A stretch of 64,000 bases of DNA from Lytechinus pictus (taxonomy: Eukaryota): NCBI RefSeq assembly GCF_037042905.1, contig NC_087245.1, positions 8,124,001 to 8,188,000 of the forward strand. Direction: 5' to 3'. The notes below the pieces were generated by a model. The model worked only from the letters and a program-made list of their open reading frames with translations. It was not told the DNA's origin and did not search any database. A program made the translations under genes and the position numbers. The stretch's first letter is position 1. Every line of letters begins with the position of its first letter. Shown here one piece after another: positions 14,301-48,499 of the stretch.

Positions 14301-14993
14301 AAAATGGAGCGCCTCTGGCAGTCTTGCCTGCATTACGCGATTCAACATAGCAGCAGTGCTGACTTTCAAAACGACTGTAGAATATTATTATTCATAAAAA
14401 CACCATTTATATGATAATAAAATACTATTTTCATTTACCCTAAATGACATTTGACCTTGATCATGTGACCGAAGACTTGTGCAAGACGATCAGTGATACT
14501 TGATTACCCTTACCCTTAACTAGATCCATAAACTTTCAAAGTTATGATTATGAGTTACAAATACCCCCAACATGGCCAAAGTTCATTGAGCTTGGTCATG
14601 TGACCTGGAACTCAAGCAGGATGTTTAGTGAAACTTGATTACCCTTATGTCCAAGTTTTATTAACTAGGTCCATATACTTTCTAAGTTATGATGACATTT
14701 GAAAAACTTAACCTTTGGTTAAGATTTTGATGTTGATTTTCCCAACATGGTCTAAGTTCATTGAAACTAAATTACCTTTGTCCTTGGGTCATGTGACCTG
14801 AAACTTGGGCAGGATTTTAAGTAATACTTGATAACTCTTATGTTTAAGTGTCATGAACTAGGCACATATACTTTCTAAGTTATGATGACATTTCAAAAAC
14901 TTATCCTTAGGTTAAGATTTGATGTTGACGCCACCGCCGTCAGAAAAGCGGCGCCTATAGTCTTTGCTCTGCTATGCAGGCGAGACAATAAAA
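14301..14993 (-). mobile_element. Helentron-type non-autonomous element (HINE-like) with internal tandem repeats
   Basis: SubTIRs GTCTTGCCTGCAT / ATGCAGGCGAGAC, terminal hairpin, A-rich flanks and ~160-bp TGACC-rich repeats. Same family as the 20211 and 21211 copies. Confidence 0.7.
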
Positions 14994-15074
14994 ATTACAC
15001 AAAATATGAATGTGAAATGCAGTGTGCAAGATGAATTTAGTAACTGAACTGAGTCCATGGGGGAATGTCATTAA

Positions 15075-15611
15075 AGGTTAAGTCCATCCCAGAAAAATGT
15101 TGATTTGAATAAATAGAGAAAAATCAAACTAGCATAATGCTGAAAACTTCATCAAAATCGGATGTAAAAAAAGAAAGTTATGACATTTTTAGAATTTTGC
15201 TTATTTTTCACAAAACAGTGATATGCACAATTCAGCGACATGTTTTTTATTGTTTGAATTATACAATATTTAATTTTTAACATTTTTGACAATATGGACC
15301 AACTTGACTGAACCATATAGTATTAAATAATGTTAATTCCACATGTTCAGGGAGGTATTAATCGTTGTTTCACTTGACAATGGGGAGAAAATTGGAACAA
15401 TACATATTTCATATAAAAAAAAAAATAGTGAGTGGATAACGTCATCAGTCTCCTCATTTGCAGACCCACCACGATGTGCATATAACTGTTTTGTGAAATT
15501 AAGCAAAACTTTAAAATGTGATAACTTTCTTATTTTTACATCCGATTTTGAAGAAATTTTCAGTGTTATTCTTTTTATTCAAATCAACTTTTTGTTGGGG
15601 TGGACTTGTCC
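15075..15611. mobile_element. Kolobok-type MITE
   Basis: TTAA|AGGTTAAGTCCATCCC ... GGGGTGGACTTGTCC, with long imperfect TIRs (CATCAAAATCGGATG / CATCCGATTTTGAAG). The right TSD is lost where the next element abuts. Confidence 0.75.
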
Positions 15612-16715
15612 AAACACAAGTGAAACACCTCTAGCAGTGTCACCTGCATTACACAATCCAGTATAGAAGCAGTGATGTCTTTCAAAACAATTGTTTTCTT
15701 CTTGAAAGAAAAAAACACATCTGATGAAAAATCTTAGGTTCCTTAACAAAGAAACTCATTTGTGATATCCAATTACATTCTCATAAAGTTTCATTTAATG
15801 TGCTTAAATACTAAAAAATAATGAATGAAATATCCATTATTCTTATCCAAGTTAATTGATCTGAAATGACCTTTGCTCTTGAAGTTATACTCATCTAATT
15901 TCTGATACCTGTTGACAATTACATCCATCATCTATGCTATGCAAAATACTCAAGTATAATTTCAAATTGTTGACCCCAAATGAATCTTGACCTTTGCCTA
16001 GTAACCATTCATCCACTTGCTGATACTTTATAACCAATATATGAAAGACCAATGGAATAGGGTCTTATACTTTCAAAATCATCTTAAAATTCAAAACCTT
16101 TACCATTTTCTTTTTATAGCACAACATGGTTGAAGTTTATTGACCCTAATGATCTTTGACCTTGGCAATGTGACCTGCAACTCTTGCCAGATAATCAGTG
16201 ATAGTTGATTACCCTTACATCAAAATTTCATGAAATACATCATTAGTCTTTCAAAGTTATGACATTTCAAAAACGCCTTGGCTCCGATTTCACTGTTGTT
16301 ACCCACATATGTGACATTATCAAAGTTCTTTGACCTTCATCATGTGACCTGAAACTCATGCAAGATGATCAGTGATAGCTAATTACCCTTAATATGCCCC
16401 CAAGTTTCATGAAACAGGCCCATACACTTTCTATGTTATGAAGACATTTCAAAAACTTAAACTTGGTTAAGATTTCTGTGTTGATACCCACAAATAGGTG
16501 TACCTAGACGATCTTTGACCTCGATTATGTAACCAGAAATGCATGCAAGATGATGAGTGATACTTGATTATCCGTATGTCATAGTTTTAATGAATTAGGT
16601 CCATATACTTCTCGAGTTATGACAGTTAAAAAACCTAACCTTGGCTAAGATGTCAATATTGACGAAGTCGCCACGCAATCGGAAAAGAGGTACATCTAGT
16701 CTCGCGAGACAGAAA
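15612..16715 (-). mobile_element. Older HINE-like copy
   Basis: ACAAGTGAAACACCTCTAGCAGTGTCACCTGCAT ... degenerate ~160-bp repeats ... GTCTCGCGAGAC. Confidence 0.6.
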
Positions 16716-17463
16716 TTCTTGTATCTGATTGGCTCAGAATTTATCAGATCAAATCACCGATGAGATAATGTACTTCCTGAAATATTCTCCATCGTGTTCT
16801 TAGAGACACTATATTTTTCATTGCTCTTTAAAAAAAAATTATTTAATTCCCACATGCACAATGCCTAGTATGTTTTGTATTTGTCTGGGCATCTCAATAA
16901 AAAAGCAAGAAAACATAATGGAACGTATTCTCAACAGAGGTTTTCAACTGTACTATGCTACAAAACCATGGTTTATGCAGATTTCTTGTATTATTGTGCT
17001 TCATTCAAGCATGAATTTACCACCCTTTGCCAAAAGCACACATTTTTAATTGGACTTTTCGTAGTTAAACGCGATGAAATAAGCATAATTATATTCTCAA
17101 AATCTGCATAGTCCATGGTTTTGTAACAAGACCTCTATTGAGAATACAAGCCACTATTTGTATCATGGGATATCAAACCACTTCGAAATATTTCTCGAGG
17201 ACTATGACTATTTATAACAAAAAGATAATATATGAGACTGGTTGAGTGACGTATCATTCATCAATGGTCATTATGCACTGGATAACACAATAACACAATG
17301 TATTTTGTTTTCACATATTACAAAGCTACCTGCAATCTTCCTAAAGGAGCAACTTATGAATAAACTAGGAAAGCTGTCAAGGTTCCTCTCTATGATTCCA
17401 GCAGTTATATCTTTGCTGAAAAATGCAACTTCCAGTCATTTTTTCAGGCCAAGTTGTATGACC

Positions 17464-41430
<23,967 letters not shown>

Positions 41431-42069
41431 AATAATATATTACTAATACTATTGTGATGTCAATATCAATTAACACAATTCACGTGTACCGTACCGGTAT
41501 AAAATATACCGGTACTGTTGCTGTCGACATGTCGCGCTCGGCAGCAGTTGCAGCATGCATGCATGCAGTCAAAGACCTTATAATATATTACGGCATGCAG
41601 TAGTATAGTCAGCATAGCATAGCAGCGGTCACGTCAGCAGCTAGCCGAGCTCTCTCTGGCTAGCGCCTGGCGACTAATAAGCACGCGCAAGCAATGAAGC
41701 TAGCAGATTAAAAAATAAAATAAAATAAACAAATTTCTTTCTTTTTTGTGGGTATTATAAATGTTGATTTTTTCTAGGCAAATTAAGTCAGTACATTCTG
41801 CCTACATGTTTTGTTTTGTTGCCTTGCTAAATTTTGTTGTTTTTCTTTACACTTAAAATTAAAGTTGTTGATCCCCCGGTTGATAAGGGAAAGTAAAGGC
41901 GGGCCGCCAGGGGCCCGTTTCTCAACACCGTCATATAAGTCTAACTTCTTGACTAAATCAGAGATAGTGAGCTACTTGTCCGCTAACCGTTTCACGAAGC
42001 CCTCTTTACCAAGATCGGGTACAACAACCTCACTAAATATTTTTGACACCTCCGAACCTGTCATTTAAG

Positions 42070-42285
42070 GGAGGCGCGATAGCTCAGACGGTCGGTAGAG
42101 CGGGGGTTTCGGATTCTGGTGACCCGGGTTCGATTCCCAAGTGGTGCGCTAGTGCCCTTTGGTAAGGCACTTATCCCCGCACTTATCCTCATTACCAGGT
42201 CCCTCGGAGAGGACCTTAAGCCGTTGGTCCCCTGGTTGCTTGCTCACAGGCATTCGTGCTTTCTTAGCAGTCAGGTAAAACAACC
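42070..42285 (+). mobile_element. tRNA-derived SINE
   Basis: GGAGGCGCGATAGCTCAG..GGTAGAGCG (A box), GGTTCGATTCCC (B box), then core-like GTGCCCTTTGGTAAGGCACTT and GGACCTTAAGCCGTTGGTCCC. Confidence 0.75.
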
Positions 42286-42499
42286 TCTATAACATAACTT
42301 CTTTCTTAATGACGTAGTGGCCGGCATCACGTGGGTAGACTATGACATGCAAAAGTGCCTAGAAATTTGAAAATTACAATCTTACGTAAAATGCAATCAT
42401 AGAGGTTGAAATTACATCACAAAACAAGTGGGATAATGCATTCAATGATCCTTGTAATACAAAGAAAACTATAAATGTATATGTTTTTTTAATTATATT

Positions 42500-42719
42500 A
42501 TGATGGTGATGCTGTTTTGTGCGCGGTTCCATGACTACCACAATCATGAATGTTATTATTTTAGTTCTTTTCGCTGTGAGCTTTATTGGATCCCTGAAGA
42601 AGACGTATGTTTAACGTCGAAAATTTGGAATTCAAAATAAACTGTTGGAACTAAGTACAATACATTACCACTTTGCCTCATTAATATCATCTATGTCCAA
42701 CACGCGGAATGTAATATCG

Positions 42720-42792
<73 letters not shown>

Positions 42793-42806
42793 GGAGATTA
42801 TGAAGT

Positions 42807-42862
<56 letters not shown>

Positions 42863-43660
42863 CATAGATTTTGAAAGGAGCGTATAGCTCTCAGAAATCT
42901 GTCCCAAAAGGTACAGACAAAAAAAAGAAAAGGTTATCACCCAAAATGTAAAGTCATTATAACCCCAAAAAAAAATTTGACAAGCAAAAAAAAGGTTTTC
43001 ACCAAGAAATGTAAGGTCATTTAGTCCAAAATACATGCATTATTTTTATTGTAAATGATGAATTTTTCTCACTCATAAAATATCATAAATAGTAGGGGGC
43101 ATTTTATATTGTGTCCCTCTACTATTTTTGTCGACGCCCCTCCCCCCGTCCCCCTGCACCCCCCCCCCTGGGATTTCCGCCCATGCATGCATGAGTGCCC
43201 ATGATGTGACAAAAAGAGAATTTAAAATCCGTTTCTGAAACAAATCGTGAAAAACACATCTGTTCATGGGCATACGGACTGTGAAACTATACGTGACCTT
43301 TCAAAGAAATCAATGCGCTGAAGATGGAGGAAGCGCACTGTAAAAGACGCATCTAAACACACGTTGCCATGACTGCAAGATGACAAAGGCGTTTCTCTGC
43401 CTCCAAAACAGGAAAATGAAAAGGCCTCGCCGCCAACAGTCGAGGTTTAACAGTAAAAAGTACCTGAGTAAAATAGAAATAGACTGCTTCGGCACATGGA
43501 ATAAGATAATTGTAATGGTTTAGTAAATGCCGTATATATATATATATATGACGATATTACGTTCCGCGTGTTGGACATAGAAGATATTAATGAGGCAAAG
43601 TGGTAATGCATTGTACTTGTATATATATATACAGTATATATATATATATATATATATAGT
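42500..43660. mobile_element. Penelope-like retroelement remnant (inverted pseudo-LTR fragments in (TA)n)
   Basis: 42653-42720 and 43550-43618 are inverted copies, each abutting (TA)n. A CTGAAGA..GAAA hammerhead-like core lies at 42594-42622. Confidence 0.5.
42720..42858. repeat. (TA)n microsatellites
   Basis: Two TA tracts separated by ~20 bp; further tracts at ~43533, ~43620 and ~43945. Confidence 0.95.
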
Positions 43661-43718
43661 GTCGAAAATCTGTCTATCTGACGGTCAATCGGATCGGGGT
43701 CGCCCTAGCCACTAACCC

Positions 43719-43789
43719 GTCTCTGTGGTCTAGTGGTTAAGGCACCGGCGTCAAAGCTGGGGGCCCGGGTTTGATTCCCGGCAGAGACC
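43719..43789 (+). pseudogene. tRNA-like cloverleaf (Glu-like, non-canonical anticodon loop)
   Basis: Acceptor stem GTCTCTG/CAGAGAC, D-arm TGGTCTAGTGGTTAAGGC, anticodon stem CCGGC/GCTGG with a 6-nt loop, T-arm CCGGG-TTTGATT-CCCGG, followed by TTTTT. Confidence 0.6.
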
Positions 43790-43935
43790 TTTTTAAGGCA
43801 TTGCCAATTTTTCCAAAGGGTAGATAGCTCTGGGGAACCTTGATTTAAGCTACGCCTACCATTGTTCTCTTCATCCATTTCTTTCACAAAATATTTAAAT
43901 AAAAAAGCTGTTGTACATGTATAATTTCACACATT

Positions 43936-43990
<55 letters not shown>

Positions 43991-44050
43991 TATATTGTAG
44001 CCGAACCGACTTTCTTTCCTGACGAGCTGGTTCGTTTAGGCTGCAATATG

Positions 44051-44339
44051 CAGTGCGTCCCCCAAAAAACTATACACTTTTGAAATGGCTGCCAAATAAA
44101 AAATGTATCACCTCGGGGGAAAGCCAATATACAAAACAAACTGGAAGAAATTGGAAGGCTAATTCAGGCCTATCTAGCCTAATTTCCATACCCTTTGTTT
44201 CAGTGGGCACTGCTCGCTCAAGCATGAAAGTTGGCTTTATTGGCTTTCCATATATATAAGTCTCCCCCCCCCCCCCAAGTGATACATTTTTTATTTGGCA
44301 GCCATTTCAAAAGTGTATATTTTTTTGGGGGACGCACTG
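44051..44339. mobile_element. Tc1/mariner-type MITE
   Basis: ~60-bp TIR CAGTGCGTCCCCCAAAAAA..TACACTTTTGAAATGGCTGCCAAATAAAAAATGTATCAC. Right flank TA; left flank mutated to TG. Confidence 0.8.
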
Positions 44340-46438
44340 TACAACCAGTTGGTGTAAAGGGCCGTCGGCCTTGCACTTCTGACTCTTTTTAATTGTTCCT
44401 TCTCACTCAGTAACTTAGATTATTTTAGCTCATGGATTTCAACATTTCCGTCATTCCGTATCTCCATTATCTCAATCATTCTAGTATTCAGTATCTCCGT
44501 AATTTAATCATTTCGGTATCTCAGTAATTTCAGTACTCTCAGTATCCTCACTCATCTCAGTATTTTCCGTATCTCAGTAAAGCCAGTATTCTCACTCCTT
44601 CTAGTCAGTACTTCCAACACTTTCATACTTCTGCTTTTCCGACCATTGTTGCTAGCTCCATACAACAAAATAACGACAAGTAAGAAGCAAGCATTCATCT
44701 CTAGCTCTTATAACTTTACTGAAGAAATCAAACTCATCCTGTCCCAGCAGGTTCCATTGAAAATTGGGCAGAGTTTCGCGCAGAAACCTCTTTGTCAAGC
44801 ATATGGCATGGCTCGTAACCGAAGATGTGTGTGTGTATTTGAGTTTTGTCAAACGTGTATCAATCAGATATGATTTTTTACGTTAGGAACGACCTTTAAC
44901 GCCACCATCCGAAAGACGTGACCAGGTCCCGAACCTCGAACCTCCGCATCAATTTGTAACTTCCCCACATAGCTTAGATTGCAGGCCCACGCTCGATTAT
45001 GGTCAACTTTTGGTTACCGCCTCTCATCAAATTGTCAGCTATAGGCTGTTAAGCTAGAGCCTGATTAAAAAAAAAAAACAGTTAAATTCATAAAATAAAT
45101 CTTTCCAGCAACGGCAATGGTGTTTGTCGCTTTTTTTATACCCAAACAGTAAGGAGCAATTAAAAGTAAATAATATGAGCATATAATTGTAAACATCGTT
45201 TTTTCTCAGCAAAATAATTAGTAAATTTTATACATTTTAAAGAAAATACCTACATAATCGATTACAAACAATCGATTACTGAATATGCAACTATATATAT
45301 TACAGGGATTAAAAATATATTCTACGCTCTTCACTGTCACGAACCATACTGAATTAAATAAACCTTTCATTTCGTAACAATATATATAATATATATTGTT
45401 TAGGGAGATATGAGTGGCATTAATGCTTCCAAATAATTGAAAATAAATTTTATAAGAAGTCCTTTTCACGATACAAAACTGCCGTTTTCAGGTCAGCATA
45501 TCAATAAATTTTGCTTGCATTGACAACTTTAGGCTTATCTGGATTCAAATGTCGCTTGAATTAAAATCTGTCCTTCTTCAGATCATATAGCTCGTGCTTC
45601 GCACCGCATCATTATATGCCTCTTGTTCATGAATTAAAATGGTGCTGCAGCCTTATGATTTTCAATTCAGATCAAAGAGAAACAAAAAATTTCAGCTCTG
45701 GCTTCACGCTCGCATTATTGGTTAAATAATAATTCAAATGACTGCCCCCTTCGGATCAGTAGAAAAAAAAAATCAGCTCGTACTTCGCGTTATAGCATTA
45801 TTGGTTCAATACAAAGAGATGTATAGTATACATCTCTATGGTTCAATATGATAATCTTGTTCATGCTTCAAATTAATGGTGGTTATGAAGTAGACCCTAA
45901 GGCTAAAATGCAGATAGTACGCAGAAAAAATGCAATAAGTGATATTCTCCATCGCAATATCAACCCCAAAATTTCACACAAATTTTTCTGTAATCCACCC
46001 CCCCCCCCCCCCCTCCCTTGGAATTGTTGGATCCGCGCCCCATCATTACTTTCTGCACCTTCGAGAAAATTAAAAAATAAATAATTAAATCTTTTTTCGG
46101 TCGCTACCGTTACCCTCCTACTATTGGTCGCCGGTAATCGCCAGTTTTTGCCGCAACGCAATAACGCAACGTAAGTTTGCATGTATGATTCAAGTGAGCG
46201 TGCGTGTGGGCGATTTTTGACAAAGGAGATTTTTTATTTTACTTTGAAGAGGAAACAGGGAGCAGAAGTAAAAGTTGGATGGTGAGTTGGAAGAAAATAG
46301 ACTGTAGTGAAGTTTACTTAAAAAGAGTGAAAATTGGCACCGTACTCCAGCCTTAGAATCTAGTCTCTAGAAATTACTTTTGTTGAAGCTCCACATTTCT
46401 TGTTGAGAATCTGTACGGTACCGGTACCGGTACGGTAT

Positions 46439-46629
46439 ACAAATAGCGAATAGGCACGAGTGCGATGGTGCGAGATTTCGCATGAGGTGAAAGAAAGATG
46501 CTCTAAGTCTAAAATAAAGTCTAAGCCTCTATTCAACGAGGCGTGAGCCGAGTTGAATAGAGCGTTTCTTTCTTTCACCGAACGCGAAATCTCGCACCAT
46601 TGCACGAACAAGAATTATTCGCTATTTGT
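46439..46629. repeat. Long imperfect palindrome (Crypton-like non-autonomous element end)
   Basis: ACAAATAGCGAATA..TGGTGCGAGATTTCGC..GGTGAAAGAAAGA..GCTCTA pairs with its reverse complement at 46557-46629. Inner hairpin CTATTCAAC-GAGGCGTGAGCC-GAGTTGAATAG. Confidence 0.7.
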
Positions 46630-47088
46630 GTTGTACAACGCCTCGGAATTTAGCGAAAATATGAAAAAACAAAGCCGAGTTTATCCCTAGGCTAGGCGGC
46701 TAGGCCTATACTTACTAGTATAGTAATCTATGAAAAGGGAGCAAAAATACCGAAAGCAGAAAGCAAAATCCGTGTAGGCGCACATGACATTGGGCAGCCT
46801 TGCGTATTTAGCCAGCGCAATGAATTAAATCGTAATGTGACGTCACCTCCTAAAGCCGTGCAACGGTACATTTTGGATGGTACGTCTTTTGTGCAACGGT
46901 ACGAATGTTTGACATTCAGCCTCCCATTTGCTCGCGTACAACAAGCTAAGACTAAGTTAGGCTAAGTAGTAGACCAAAAGCTTCAGTCTCTGTATTTTGG
47001 TTGTTCCGCTGAACTACGTTGGCTCCACTCACCATACATAGACTGAAGGGGATGGGGCCCCGTACCTACACTGTAAGCCAACGTATAG

Positions 47089-48093
47089 CAAGGCTCGACA
47101 TTAGCGGTGGCCCGGGGCCACCAGAAATTCACCTCGGGCAACCATTAATGAAAAAATATTAAGTTTTGGTGGCCCGAACCGGGCAACCAATAATTTTCAG
47201 ATTAGTGCAATTTTTCTCCCCCTTTTGCACGCATTTATCAACTTTCTACAATTCAAATTGCAAGCCAGTTCGTCATGCGCCCTTTTTGTTGATCTACACA
47301 CAAACACACACACAAAGTTGGCCTACCGCTATAGCATTAAGTAGCTTTTATCCAGCCGGCTGCGCCGGCCGGCTGGCGTGAGCTTTGCATGCTTGAAGCA
47401 GCTGTGCGTTAGCAGCCTACTCAGACTCAGGGAGCTGCGATACGAAATGTTGCTGCTAAGAAATCTTCCACAGAACTATGAAAATCCAAGTCAAAGTCAC
47501 ATTTTACACCAATGAAATGCCCTTCTACAGACCTTTTTGCTAAAATCTGGTGTATCCTGATTATTTGCAAGCATTAAAAAGAGGAATCATGACCTCTCTT
47601 TTGACTCAAAAAGACCGATTTCCAAATGAAAATTATATACATAAAAACACATAGGTGAGTACATCACAGTCCCACATGTGCATTTGTATGTATGTTTTTA
47701 CTTGGTTTCTTTCGAAGCTGCGTCTTTTCCGGTCTTTTCTAGCCAAAAATAAACAGACAGTTACTTTCTTTCTTGTTTATAAATGATTTCTTAAACAACT
47801 CTTGAGAAAGAAAATACTTTGGGAAGGCATTTCATTATTATGAAATGTGAATTTTTCCAACATTTTGGCAAATTTAGGGAAGGAATTTTCTCACACTTTT
47901 TTTTGCTGTTTTATTATTTTCTTTCATTTTTTTTACAGTGGTTAAACCATTTATACCCATTTATTAATTTTTAATGTTTTTCTTTATATTTTTCGGGCCA
48001 CCAAACTTTAATATCGGGCCACCAAAAAAAATTATTCAAAGATTTTGGTGGCCCGAACGGGCCACCACCAAAAAAAGTTAATGTGGAGCCTTG
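47089..48093. mobile_element. Non-autonomous TIR element with 7-bp TSD (P-like or hATw-like)
   Basis: TIR CAAGGCTCSACATTA, TSD CGTATAG (47082-47088 / 48094-48100), subterminal GGTGGCCC/GGGCCACC repeats. Confidence 0.82.
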
Positions 48094-48499
48094 CGTATAG
48101 TGAACTAGCGTTTTATAGATCGCGATTTAAAACTGTTTTTTAAGCAAAATTGAAAGTTTCATGGTTTCCATTATCAGGGAAATATAAATAACTTAAAGGG
48201 GAATCCAACCCTGGTATTTCTGTATCATTTTCAAATGAAGAGTTTGATTCTGATTAATTTGATACCAAATTTATCCGAATCGGTTAAGCGAAACTGGAGT
48301 TATTGAAAGATTACGAACCCCAAAGTAGGTCTTTCAATTATCGTCTGCTGCTCATGCAAGTCGCCATTTCTAGTAGACCCCCAGCGAAGGTATGACGTAT
48401 GGCACGGACATCTTCGATCGCGAGCGCTGGCCTGGAGAGATCCGTCGCGCGCTAGCAGACGCTATTTCTATAGGTTCAGTGTGCAATTTACCGAGCAAG

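Noticed and set aside
44014..44050. Second hammerhead (CTGACGA)
   Set aside because: No GAAA follows the candidate stem II, even after removing the MITE.
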